Shown here: piece after piece, positions 1-13,083 of the stretch
Layout: each line of letters starts with the position of its first letter
How positions within the stretch are numbered: the first letter of the stretch is position 1
Assembly: GCA_951406725.2 (NCBI GenBank)
Contig: OX597814.1
Coordinates: 203,174,001 to 203,238,000, forward strand
From: Octopus vulgaris
Lineage: Eukaryota
DNA length: 64,000 nucleotides
Direction of reading: 5' to 3'
Translations under genes and position numbers: made by a program
Notes under the pieces: model-generated
The model's database searches: none
What the model saw: the letters and a program-made list of their open reading frames with translations, nothing else
What the model was told of the DNA's origin: nothing

Positions 1-1
1 T

Positions 2-43
2 GTCCCTTTCTGTAGAAGAGCGTAGGCTCGAAACGTAAAAGAC
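2..43 (+). ncRNA. Possible variant minimal hammerhead at window edge
   Basis: GUCCCUUU-CUGUAGA-A-GAGC guag GCUC-GAAA-C GUA-AAAGAC; A6 is replaced by U; followed by ~90 nt and a (TA)n tract. Confidence 0.4.
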
Positions 44-132
44 TTTTTCTATTCCTGAGCGTTATACTAATACATCTGTTTGTTTTGTACACCACCTGTC
101 TTCGTCTTTTGTTTTTTTCGTAAACTCTCCCA

Positions 133-207
<75 letters not shown>

Positions 208-1184
208 CACACATACATATATAGATATATACACATACATATATATATATATATAGATATGATGGGCTTCTTTCAATTTCCACCTACCAAATCCACTCTG
301 AAGGTTTTGATCAGCCTGGGGCCATAGAAGACACCAGCACAATGTGTCACACCATTGGACTGAAACTGGAACCGTGTGGTTGGGGAAGTAGACTTCTTGC
401 CACATAGTCATGCCGGAACCTATTTAGTTCACAGAAATCAAATTTATGTACATTTCTCTTAGTTTAAAAATAAAATCTATATTTGCAAAAATTTCACCTA
501 TATGTGTATCTATGTGTGTGTGTGCACTTGTGTGTTTCTGAATGTGTCCATATACATCTGTATTAGGAAAGATTTTAGTTCTGTCAACTTACTCTTCAAG
601 TTATTTCTACATTTTGTATTGGTAGGAGTGATTTCTTTCTGCTTTTATTTTTTGAATTAGTCTCTCTTATCTCCACCACCACCACCACCCCAACTCCCTT
701 TCTGTGCAATCTTTAACAATATTATTGCAATTTATATTTTCCATACTGTTCCTATCTTGAAATATTTTAAGCAACACTCTGTTATTTACCCCCCAATGTA
801 ATTTGCATACATTACTATAACAGATATAGCGACCATTTCACACACGAAAGTGAAACAATAACCACACCTGGATTACTTTACATTTCAGATTTGGTGTGAG
901 GAAGAAGTCGGGGAGAGGCAGGGAAAAAAATCCCACTTAATGACCTAGGCTTCAGTAAAACAATTGATTTGAATTAACTACAGAACGCACCTAATTTAGA
1001 TTCATAACATTTGAATGGTGAATTAACTTAGACTTGATTTTCTTTGTGTACACTGGAACTGTAGGTACCATATTGGTGATGGCAGTAGGATTATGTGACC
1101 TCAAGGAACTCTGCTTGGTGTCTAAAGACACCCCAATCACACTAACATGAAATCTGTAAAATCCAAATTAACATCTTTAATGTA

Positions 1185-1389
1185 TTTCGTTTTTGGATTT
1201 GGTTTGCAAGATTCTTTATATGAGTTCGTGTGTTGAAGCATATTCTATTGAGTCAAAACTATTGAAAAGGCTGCAAGACGCAAAGAAAATTTTAGGAAAA
1301 TAAAAATAAGAAAAAAGTGGAAATTTTACCAGTGAGTGTGTTACACAATAAGGCACAAAAAGAAAATGACTTTCCCCAGACACAATAGA
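1185..1389. mobile_element. Short internally inverted element (U3:A8 hammerhead family) with perfect 12-bp TSD
   Basis: ATCTTTAATGTA at 1173-1184 and 1390-1401; 1185-1250 is the reverse complement of 19542-19607; 1251-1391 matches 19410-19550. Confidence 0.8.
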
Positions 1390-3402
1390 ATCTTTAATGT
1401 AGTAAGCCAAATAAATTCTAATTAATGAAGATTACACTAGAAGGAAGAGAAAAAATATTTTTAGCATAATAATTCTTTTGCATTTTTGCTGCAGGCCAAC
1501 AATTTTTTAAGAGGTGGGGTCAATGTAGTCATTGACCCCAGTATATGGCCAATACTTCATTGACCCTGAAAGGATGAAAGACAAAGTTGACCTCAGCAGA
1601 ATTTGAGGTCAATTTACGCTCTTTATGTAAATTGACCTTCTGGCTCTTTAAGCAGGGTGTAAAGAACCGGAAGAAAAACATTCTGTCACTGCACTAAAAA
1701 TTCTGCCAGTTTGTCACCTTTATGTTTAATAATTAATTAATTCTTGATAATTAATTGTTGTTATGTAAGTTAGAGGAGACAACTTAGATGTTTTAATTAA
1801 ATAACATTGATTTGTAAATTGAATGGAAGTATACAGTGTGGAGTAAATGTGGTCTTTAGTGAATATGGATGACAACTTTGAACATATTTTAGTCTTATTA
1901 AATCTCCTCAACATAGCATAATTTGTACAGGCACTTGCCACCTCTTGAGATGACTGAGAGATATAAATATTGAGTGGATAAATACTGAGTCTGTTGTGTA
2001 TGACTACGAGGAGATTGTCATGGCATACTTCTGTTTTCTTGCCCCATTCTGCCTCTATAGTTTTGATCGTTCACTGGTTTCAGTCATTAGACTGCAGCCA
2101 TGCTGGAGCACAGCTTTTAAAAATTTTAGTTGATTGAATTAACCCCAGTATATATTTTTAAGCCTAGTAATTATTCTATTGGACTCTTTTGCTAAACTGT
2201 TAAGTCATGGGGACATAAACACACCAACACCAGTTGTCAAACAGTGGTGAGGGGACAAACAAAGATACACATTTAAATATATAGAAGATATTTGCCCAAA
2301 GTGCCACACAGTGGGACTGAACCTGGAACCATATGGTTGGGAAGCAAGCTTCTTTCCACAGTCCCCAGCACAGACAAAATACAGACCTGAAATAAGTAGT
2401 AAGGGGCCAAGTGATCTAATCTTCTACAACCATCACCCAGATTTGAGGTTCTGTAACCATGTTAAAAATCAATATTCTTTCTTTGGATTAATTTTCTTTC
2501 TTGTGGTGATTCCTTCTAATTTATTTTGGTGAAGTTTCACACAGCTAAATCTTTCAGCAAAGTATTACCATTATGACTTCACATTTTCTTTCCTCAAAAT
2601 GCCTCTAGCCTAAAATTTGCTCTAATTGTCAGATCAGCCCTGATCAAGTGTTCTAAGTACAAGAATCTGCTTGTTTTCCTCTGAGCAGGGAACCCAAGAC
2701 TTCATTATCAAATGTGCCCATCTTTAAGATGGTAAGGTGTAAATTGATGATTTAGCTGTTATTTCTAGCAGGTCAAGAATTCCTGTGGTCACAGGTCTGC
2801 TCATTTGAACAATAACAGCAAACTATTGCTAGCTACATGTTTAAATTGGGAGTTCTGTGACTGTGTAAAAATGTGACAACTGCTTCTCTAATCAGCTTTA
2901 GATTTTTATTTCATTAATTGTAAAGTCTCATCATAGTATTCAAAAAGCATTATACGGAGGTGACAGGGATAAGTGGTGATGTGTATAAATACAAGCCTGT
3001 TACCAGTTCAGGTATGCTTGAAGCATGTTTGAACCTGTAAGAAAGCCATTCACTGTTCTTTGTCATGGAGAAATTTTTTCGTTGTAGGCAAATAGGTGTA
3101 AATACACCAAGGTAGTTCACTGCATTCCCTAACCAGACTCTGGGATGCATGTGTTTCAGAGTCGTTATCTCCTCTTCAGTAACAGACACCAAAACAGCTG
3201 ATGTTATATGCTTAGACAAAAGACAGATCCCTCTTATGATATTCCTGTCATCGTTCAATGTGGTGTTCCAAAAGTTCTCTATTGTCTGATGACTGGTTAC
3301 ATAAAACAGATATTCTATGCAGTACACTATTATAGATCCATTTCAGCTTAAATATATCCCATTCTTTATTTGATATCTTTTATTTCTTTTTCTTTCCTTT
3401 AG

Positions 3403-3969
3403 GTGAAAGATAGTGGTCACAAACCGAAGAAAGGAACGTCCAAAGTGACCGTAATGGTCAGTAATATGATGTGTGAAACGCCACTGTTTAACCAGGAGTT
3501 CTATTTTTTCTACCTCTCCCATAGTCCAGTTCCAGCTGACCACCCTCTTGGTTATATTGGATATGAGAAAAATGGATTTGATTCGATATCTGTCGATATG
3601 GAGAAATCTTCTGTGAAGGAGTTCTTTGTTTTTGACGAACCGTTTGGCAAGAAAGTATTGTTAAAGAGCAAGAGGGAGATTTCGTTCAATGAAGTCCTTA
3701 CGTCTCTGTCAGCGTTTCTAGTCACCCATAACCTGTTGCGTTTCTCCATCTTGATTTGCTCTTCAACTTCAGTACATTGCGCACGTAGCAGCATCTTTTT
3801 ATCTTTGGAGCAGGTCAACAAGTTTGGGGACCAGACAAAAACAGTTAATATTTCCGAGAACAATTCACCAAATGCTGTAGTTATTAATACAGGGCATTTC
3901 ATGGGGAAACCAAATAGCATATACAGATTCGTTGAAAAATATCCAGATTTCAACATTCACCCAATAACG
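3403..3969 (+). CDS. Cadherin exon 1 in window (VKDSGHKP...FNIHPIT)
   Basis: Pyrimidine tract + AG at 3401-3402; GTAAGT at 3970; 567 nt; divergent EC repeats; joins GVITTNRSFDRE. Confidence 0.88.
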
Positions 3970-4467
3970 GTAAGTACATTTTGTTTAAATTTACCAATCT
4001 AGTTACATAGCATCTCAGTAAAAAAAAAAAAACTCTTCGTTATCTATCAACAAAGCATCTTTATCTTTGTTATCTATTCGCAAAACACTTTTATCATCAT
4101 TATATGTCAACAAATTCACATCTGTTTTCGTTATCTGTCTATAAAACACATCTTTGTGACTATGTTTGTATGTTAACTGGCTGATTATTTGTGTTAATAA
4201 GTTTCATTTTTGTAAGAAGAATCATAACAGTGATTATGAAATGTTTTACTGGATTTTAACTTTATAAACAAATTTAAATGGATAAATGATCAGGTTTGGT
4301 TTTGTTGAGACAAACCTGTTATATGGAAATAAGATGTGTATGATTAGAACCAAAGGATATATAGAAACAAAAGTTCCAATTTCATTGGTTTAAGAGGCAA
4401 CAAATAGGAATACTAAAACAACAAATTAAATTGAAGTTTTATCTATATATATATATATATATATATA

Positions 4468-5584
4468 TAACTTATAAAACAAGGGCAAAAGAAAAAATTC
4501 TAATGCCAAATATGCCAAAAATAGACAAATTGTCAATAACCATTATAATTTATCACTATTAACATGCGTCTCAAAACTAGCCGACAGAAATTTCTAAAAA
4601 ATTCCGTTATTACCGTATTGGTCCCAATTTCAGAGTTAATTCATAAGAAATTTCTCCTATTGGCATTAGAATTTTTTCTTTTGTCCTTGTTTTATAAGTT
4701 ATTTATAAATTTAACCTTTAAAGGTATTTTTTAATATGCTGGCCATTGATATAATTTTTTTCGAAAAATTGTATCCTATATTAGATATAAATTTAATAGT
4801 GTTCACTTCCGGACTCTCTCATTTGGGGTACTTAGGTCTGCTCATGATTTAGTGCTTGCTTTTTCCATGGGTATGAGTAAGTATTTCATTTATGTCTTAC
4901 CAGAATCGAAATCGATCAATGAAAATCGATCAATGGAAATTGCAGATGTGTTACCAGTGCCGGTGGCATGTAAGAGAACCTTCCGTTTTGCAACCGTTGC
5001 CAGCACCGCCCCGTTTCGTGTCCGTTGTCAGCCTCGCCTGGCCCTCGTGCTGGTGGCACATAAAAAGCACCATCCGTTCGTGGCCGTTTGCCAGCTCTGT
5101 CTGGCACCTGTGCGGGTGGCACGTAAAAAGCACCCACTACACTCTTGGAGTGGTTGGCGTTAGGAAGGGCATCCAGCCGTAGAAACACTGCCAGATTTGA
5201 CTGGGCCTGATGAAGCCTTCTGGCTTCACAGACCCCAGTAGAACCATCCAACCCATGCTAGCATGGAAAACGGACGCTAAACGATGATGATGATGATGTA
5301 TTTATCACTGACGAGGAGAAAATTCTTATGAATTAACTCTGAAATTGGAACCAATACGGTAATAATGGAATTTTTTAGAAATTTCTGTCAGCTAGTTTCG
5401 AGACGCATGTTAATAGTGATAAATTATAATGGTTATTGACAATTTGTCTATATTTGGCATTAGAATTTTTTCTTTTGATCTTGTTTTATAAGTTATTTAT
5501 AAATTTAACCTTTAAAGCTATTTTTTAATATGCTGGCCATTGATAAAAAATTTTTTCGAAAAATTGTATCCTATATTAGATATA
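4468..5584. mobile_element. Penelope pLTR/retrozyme-like element: inverted arm plus partial tandem copy, interrupted by a SINE-like repeat
   Basis: 4468-4658 is the reverse complement of 5314-5495; 4660-4789 is a direct repeat of 5454-5584; both ends in (TA)n; hammerhead motif at 5302-5362. Confidence 0.7.
5302..5362 (+). ncRNA. Type I hammerhead-like motif
   Basis: UUAUCA-CUGACGA-GGAG[aaaauucuuaugaauuaa]CUCU-GAAA-UUGG aa CCAA UA-CGGUAA; first stem I pair is mismatched. Confidence 0.62.
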
Positions 5585-6732
5585 TATATTTATATATTAC
5601 TTATTTACTGTGACAATGTAAACTATGTTGAGGTAACAAAGACCAGAAGATTAGCTAAGCTTCTCTGTGATCATCATTTTTTGTGTAAAAAACCTCAACT
5701 TGTTATGAAACATTTGTAGTCTGTATTTTACCTGTTCCACTCCTTTGCTTTTTGATTTTCATTCACATTCTTAGTGCACTACTTACTAAATTGTGAGTTG
5801 TGTGGAGACTGTCAGCTCATTGAAATTCCCTTTAACTTCAATATGGGAAGTAGTATATAACTTGCAATACTAATAAATATATTTTATCATATATTGTCCA
5901 GTTTTTGCCATCAGTACAAGCTGCCTGAATGGTTGATGCTTATTAACTTGCTACACTTAGTATAACGGTGTGGGTACTAATGCCACATAGTAAACACTGG
6001 TGATGGTGCCACATAAAAAGCACACAGCACACACTGTAGAGTGGTTGGCACTAGGAAGAGCATTCAGCTATAGAAACCAGGCTAAACAAACTATGGGACC
6101 TGGTGCAGCCCCTGGCCTTGCCAGTTCCCGTCAGGCCATCCAACACATGCCAGCATGGAAAACAGATATTAGATTTTGATGATGATGCTGATGATATTTA
6201 TATATATATATCATGCCAAATCAGGCTGAAGTCTGGTGCAGCCTTCCAGCTTACCAACCCTGTCAGACTGTCCAACCCGTGCCAGTATGGACAACATATG
6301 CTAAATGATGATGCTGATGATGATGATATCAATATATAAAATGTGTGTGTGTGTATGTGTTGTTTATTTATTTTTTTTTTCAATAGCTTTTGGATATTTT
6401 TGTAAAATTTTTGAGCTGCCAGCTATTTTTGTTAACCTGATTGTTAATTCATTTCAGTTGCAATTTCTTCCTTTTCAGATATAGAAAAGACAACATTTTT
6501 AACCCTATGAGGGCTTAACTGATTTTCTTTTTCTGTAAATCCTGAAGAAACTTCAAAATGTTATTGTTGTCAAAGTGGCACTAACATTTCCAAAATTCCA
6601 GTCTTCTGTATTATTAATGAAATTAAAAGTAAATAAAATAGAAGAGATCCAATATATGTGAAAAATTAAATATTTTGAAGAACGACTTTTTACAACATTT
6701 AGTAACTTGTATTTACTTTCACTTTTGAACAG

Positions 6733-6840
6733 GGTGTCATAACTACAAATAGAAGTTTTGATCGGGAAGCTGGCGATCGCCGGTTTATTATAAGAGTTGA
6801 AGCCATTAGTGATGCTGAAGATTCTTGCCGCAATATTGAG
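6733..6840 (+). CDS. Cadherin exon 2 (GVITTNRSFDREAG...CRNIE)
   Basis: ttttgaacAG acceptor; weak GTTTGC donor; 108 nt, phase 0/0; FDRE motif; not in ORF track. Confidence 0.87.
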
Positions 6841-8220
6841 GTTTGCATTAATTTACTTGTTTCTATAAAATTTATTAATTAATTAACAAATATTCTACTT
6901 ACATTCTTCCAATTATATTTATTAGTTCCTGTTATTCTTACCAATATTTCAACAATTTCACATATTATATATTAGTGATTCTATTTAGTTTGCAGCTGCA
7001 GAGACATTAACCAATTGGTTAATGGCGCCACAGAAAATTGGAATTGTGACTTTCCCAGTTAAATTATTGATTTGATATGAGTGAAAAGATACAGTGCCTC
7101 AACTAAGAATCAAAATGCCCAAACAAAAAGACCCCTATGTTGGCAGTAAGGTGTAAATATCGCAGGGCCAGTTTGTGTAAAGCCTTAAAGGCTTAGTGTA
7201 CTTGTATTAAACATTCCTATCTTCTTGATGAGAAATTCTAAATGAAAGCTAGAATAAAATCACAGACGGGGTAGCTCAGAAACAGAAGAAATTCTGTTGG
7301 TATGAGTGAAAGCAACTTTAAAAACTATGATCTGAATTACTAATCTAGTTTCAGGAACGAGGAAAAGAGAAATGCCACAGACTTATGCACTTATTTCTGT
7401 AGTTGGAGGAATGATGTATTGACAGTTATGGCATTAACTGTTTAATGATTGATCATAGAACACCATTCATCATCATCATCGTTTAACGTCCGCTTTCCAT
7501 GCTAGCATGGGTTGGACGATTTTGACTGAAGGCTGGCGAGCCAGATGGCTGCACCAGGCTCCAATTTTGATCTGGCAGAGTTTCTACAGCTGGATGCCCT
7601 TCCTAATGCCAACCACTCCAAGAGTCTGGTGGGTGCTTTTTACGTTCCACTGGCACGGGGGCCAGTCAGGCAGTACTGGCAATGACCTCACTCGAATCTT
7701 TTTACACGTGCCAGTGAGGCGACGTTGGTAACGATCACGTTCGAATGGTGCCCTTGTACGTGCCACGGGTACGGAAGCCAGTTGGATGCTCTGGCAACGA
7801 TCACGCTCGGATGGTGCTCTTGGCACCCTACTAGCACAGGCATAAGTGCCAGTAAGGCGATGCTGGTAACGATCATACTTGAATAACCATTATTTAAATA
7901 AAACAAAACAAAGCCATATATGTATGGTTGAGAAATCCATCATATTAACAAGACTAACTCTTACTTGAGAGAGAAAGATACGGGTGATGTCAATGGTACA
8001 AGCCATGACAGAGAAGTAGAACTGGACTGACGTACCACATTTGGAGAAAAAAGAGCAGCTGAATGTTGGCAGCACATTGTCCTGAATCTCTGAATACTGA
8101 TGAAAAAAAGTTAGCATTGGACATGTTTATTAGTTGATCGTTAATACAATCTCTGAGGATTGCTTATTCTTGTAAGAAACTTGAAGTTATGGAAATTTAG
8201 TCAACTTTAACAATTAATAG

Positions 8221-8533
8221 TGGCTTAGTGGTTAGGGTCTTTTGGCTCATGATTATAAGGTCATGAGTTCAATTCCCGGCGACATGTTGTGTCCTTGAGC
8301 AAGACACTTTATTTCATGTTGTTCCAGTCCGCTCAGCTGGCAAAAATGAGTTGTACTTGTATTTCAAAGGGCCAGTCTTGTCTCACACTGTGTCACGCTG
8401 AATCTCCCTGAGAACTACGTTAAGGGTACACGTGTCGGTGGATTGCTCAGTCACTTGCATGTTAATTTCACGAGCAAGCTGTTCCGTTGATCGTATCAGC
8501 CGGGACCCTCGTCGTCGTAACCGACAGAGTGCT
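8221..8533 (+). mobile_element. tRNA-headed SINE family D
   Basis: TGGCTTAGTGG A box, GAGTTCAATTCC B box, GTGTCCTTGAGCAAGACACTT; copies at ~23645-23967(-), ~46471-46760(-), ~27452-27620(+). Confidence 0.75.
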
Positions 8534-8540
8534 CCTATAA

Positions 8541-8574
<34 letters not shown>

Positions 8575-8631
8575 GGAGATGTACTTGCATAGCAAGTGAC
8601 CTGATCTGAAATCGTGTGCTAAAACAAAAAC

Positions 8632-8895
8632 AATTGCAGTGTGGAAGGTGTTTATAAGACATTTAAAAACACACAAAAACCATTAGATTCACTTCAACAT
8701 TGAAATTTAATTTGTTAAAATACTTTTGTCACTTTGAAACCGTAACCTGTTCACTGACAAAATTCTGTGCTGCACAGAATTTTGTCAGTGAACAGGTCAC
8801 GGTTTCAAAGTGATGAAAGTATTTAAATGTTGAAGTGAATCTAATGGCTTTTGTGTGTTTTTAAATGGCTTATAAACACCTTCCACGCTGCAATT
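8632..8895. repeat. Foldback palindrome with 1-nt spacer (centre 8771), flanked by (TA)n
   Basis: Arms 8632-8770 and 8772-8895; ~15-nt deletion in right arm. Confidence 0.9.
8781..8824 (+). ncRNA. Variant hammerhead-like motif with G3:C8 core (decayed)
   Basis: UUUGUCA-GUGAACA-G-GUCAC gguuucaaa GUGAU-GAAA-GUAUUU; the 3' strand of stem I is deleted here but present in the inverted copy at 8711-8762(-). Confidence 0.45.
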
Positions 8896-9084
8896 ATATA
8901 TATATTCTCTTGAATTTATTTTCTTTTGCAGAATTCAAGCCAGTCACTTACAAAGTGACAAGACTTTCTTTGATGAAGTCATGACAGCACTTTGGGGTTT
9001 GTGTATATGCGAATTGCTTGGTGTTGGCATATATGTATTTGTGTGTGTGAGGATGAACTTGCTGTCGTACATACATGTGTGAGC

Positions 9085-9116
<32 letters not shown>

Positions 9117-9216
9117 GCTGTAGTCAATTGACTGAAACAAGTAAAAGAATATACCTATACATATATAGAGACTTATATTGTGTGTGTATATATATGTATG
9201 TATATATATATTTATG

Positions 9217-9270
<54 letters not shown>

Positions 9271-9442
9271 TATATATATATATAATATATGTATATATAT
9301 ATATAATATATATGTATATATTTATGTATATATATATATATATCGACATACATATGTATATACATTCATATATATATATATATACATAGGTATATACATT
9401 CATCTATATTTATATGTAAGCATGTGTATGTATACATATGTG

Positions 9443-9499
<57 letters not shown>

Positions 9500-9609
9500 T
9501 TATGTATATATATATATATCGACATACATATGTATATACATTCATATATATATATATACATATGTATATACATTCATCTATATTTATATGTAAGCATGTG
9601 TATGTATAC

Positions 9610-9642
<33 letters not shown>

Positions 9643-9662
9643 CATATACATGTGTGTGTATG

Positions 9663-9693
<31 letters not shown>

Positions 9694-9982
9694 ATTCTTT
9701 CCTCTATTATTCACATATATAATAAGTGTTGAGGATTTGATGTTTAAAATTTGTCAGGTTTTTTTATGACTTATCATTATTCCAAACCCCACTTACCACT
9801 TATTTTTCCCATTTTTTATTTTTAACCAATCTATTTCCTTTAGATATAGTTTCAGAGAATCGTTTCTCGTTTAACTAATCTTCTCTTCCTTTTACAATCA
9901 TTTCTTATGTGATGCAAACAGTTACAGACTCAAGTATTTATTGTGAAAGGAAATGAAATATTATATTAGCATCTACAGAACC

Positions 9983-10023
<41 letters not shown>

Positions 10024-10134
10024 GTGTGTGTATATATATATATATATGTATGTATATATATGTATATATGTATGTATATATATGTATATATATATATATA
10101 TATATAAATGTGTGTGTGTATATATATGTATGTG

Positions 10135-10167
<33 letters not shown>

Positions 10168-10176
10168 GTATGTATG

Positions 10177-10208
<32 letters not shown>

Positions 10209-11983
10209 TAAATATATATATATATCTTGTCATTCCTCATTCATATGTTCTCTGTGAATAAAGAAGACAGTTGTAAATGGTTACAAGCATTCAGATCTGC
10301 CAGAATACAAAAACTGTCTGTTGCAAAATTTCTTAACGATAAAGAAAAGGAATTTACAGAAATATCAAAAAAAAAAAAAAAAAAAGAAAAAGAAAAAAAA
10401 ACAGATAAAGCAAATAATTATTTCAAATGATTTTATTGTTCCATAAATCTTAAAGTCAAAGCTTTTCATCATGTCCCCCATTTCTTGAGTGTTTTTATGT
10501 CGTCTGAATGACAAATACAAAACATCCACAAAAGTTTGTCCACATGCAGTTTTTGTTTATCTCTTTGTGTTGAAGAAACCTTTTGATACAAAACCCACCT
10601 GAGACAGCCTCTAGTTCTATAACATATAGCTTCTTGTTTAAAATATTCATCATCAATACCAGCAGCAGCAGCAGCATTATCATCATCGTTGTCATCATTT
10701 TTTTACATATTTGGATTTGACGAGACTTCTTAGGTAGTAATCTACCTGAACACCACACCTTGTCTGACATTTTTTGTTTGTAGGTGAATTAGACATCTTC
10801 ACCAAGGTAACGTTAAATACAAAGACTCTTTTACACACACACATACACACATGCATGCATGCACACACACTTAACATGGGTTCCCATATAGTTTTCTTCT
10901 ACCAAATTTCACTCCCAAAGCATTGGTCACCCTGAAGATATAGCAGGAGATGCTAGTTCTGGTTATCATACAGAGATAATTTTCTTTATCTTACTCTCCA
11001 ACTCATTCTCCTTTGTTTTCCAAATGGCGTATCCATGTATCTACTCTACAGCAAGACACCCATATTTGTCCCCTCTGTACCTTAAATCTCTCAACTGACA
11101 CAAACCCACACACCCCTCAAAACCACTCCCTTCCCTTCAGTTGAGAGTTATTTTGTCTTGCAAGATACCTGGTGACCCTGTTGAGGCTGGTGCCACATAA
11201 AAAGCACTGGTGCTGGTACCTTGTAAAAAGCACTAGTGCTATGTAAAAGGCATTGGTGCAGGTGCCACATAAAAATCACTGGTGATGTTGCCACATAAAA
11301 AGTACTAGTGATGTTACTGCCATATAAAATCGCCCAATACACTCTGTAAAGTGGTTGGTGTAAGGAAGGGCATCCAGCTGTAGTAATCATACCAAAACAG
11401 ACAATAGAACCAGATGTGGATCCTGGCTTTGCCAACCCCTGTCAAGCCATCCAACCCATGCCAGCATGGAAAATGGACATTAAATGAGGATGATAGTGAT
11501 GCTGATGAAATTAAACCCAAAACAAACTCCATAACCAAACAGCCATCATTCAAGCTTGCTATCATAATTCTTTGTACTTTGATGGTCCACACAGACACTT
11601 CATAGCTACTATTTTTATCTCTTCCTGCTCCAACCAATCACTCGCACCATCTCTTCTAAAATGTTTGTCATATGACTCCTCTACATCAAAAAATCTCTTT
11701 TGCTCTGGCCTCTTCTTTCATTAGTATAATGCTGCCGCCCTCTCTATTGTATCCCTCCTCATTCAATGAGGATTTTAGTCTTGCAAGCAGTATACACCCA
11801 GTACACATTGTACAGTGATTGTCTTTAGGAAGGTCATCCGGTTGTTGAAACCATGCCAAAGCATGACACTAGAGCACAATGCAGTCCTTGTGCCTGTTGG
11901 ATGCTACCAAACCCTTCAACAGAATACCAGCATGGAACATAGATATTGGATGGTAGTGGTGGTTGTGGTGGTGCTGTTGCTGC

Positions 11984-12388
11984 TTGTTTGTTTGTTTGTT
12001 GAGCAAAGCGGTCTTCATCCCAGAGCTCGCAAGGTCACGCCTCAGGATTGTCTGTAGTGGGAGAAGTCTGAAACATGGTCCTTTGCTATTCATAAGACCC
12101 GCAGAAAAGAAAGCAGGTCAACCCCCGACACCGAGAGCATCGACGGATGGATGAATGCACGTCCAGGCTCAGCGGTTGTGTAGGAAGTCGGGGACAAGAA
12201 ACAGGAAGAAAGAGTGAGAGAAAGTTGGAGCGAAAGAGTACAACAGGGGTCGCCACCACCCCCTGCTGGAGCCTCGTGGAGCTTTAGGTATTTTCGCTCA
12301 ATAAACACACAACGCCCGGCCTGGGAATTGAAACCGCGATCCTCCGACTGCAAGTCCACTACCCTAACCACTGGGCCATTGCGCCTCC
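11984..12388 (-). mobile_element. tRNA-headed SINE family E with (AAAC)n tail
   Basis: Minus strand TGGCCCAGTGG A box, GGTTTCAATTCC B box; same head at ~31225(+) and ~61918(+). Confidence 0.75.
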
Positions 12389-13018
12389 ACTGTTGTTGCT
12401 GCTGCATATAAACTTTGTCAGAGTAATCATGGACTCTAAAATCCTGCCTCAGCCTTCAATCACCTCCACATGAATATCCGTAAACCACAAAGAACATAAA
12501 ACTGCACAGTATTTCCATTGTTGCAGTTTTCTCAAAGACTACTGCCACAGACCAACAATGCTGCAAATCAAAAATACTAATTATCAAAAAAAATTTTTTT
12601 TTAAATCACCAAGAACCATCACAATCCATACCATTACACACACTTTGGGGGATTATAGAGTTAAAACTTCAAGTTTAGTTCATTGTTTAGAAGTCATAGC
12701 TTGTTTCTATTTTATCTGTTTCTGTCCTATATCAGAAGCTGCACTCAGTTAATTTTAATCAATTCCAGATCAATAAATCTATACAATTTATTGGTTTGAT
12801 ATTTGCAGTTGCATTCAAATTAAGTTGCTTGGCTTTAAAAATTTAGGACCAAATTGGAAGTGACAGAGCAGAGATAAAATTTGAAGAAAAAAAAAACTCA
12901 CTTAAATAAAATAAAAATTAACTTTAATTCTTCTGTAGTAGAGAATGAATTAGAGGAGGGAAAATCAGAACATTCATGCTGTGGTTTTATTTTGGAAAAT
13001 ATAAAAAGTATTCAAAAC

Positions 13019-13083
<65 letters not shown>

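Noticed and set aside
2950-3327. 125-aa minus-strand ORF next to exon 1
   Set aside because: No recognisable motif or splice context; plus-strand frames have stops, so it is not a cadherin exon either.
3552-3956. Minus-strand ORFs overlapping cadherin exons (also 18210, 32872, 58916)
   Set aside because: Antisense shadows of real coding sequence.
8979-10261. Long YI/YV-rich ORFs (also at 62-411 and 40394-40984)
   Set aside because: Translations of (TA)/(TG) microsatellites, not genes.
12320-12388. tRNA-like sequences with A and B boxes (also 8221, 28679, 31225, 61918)
   Set aside because: They continue into SINE bodies and lack a complete acceptor stem; SINE heads, not tRNA genes.
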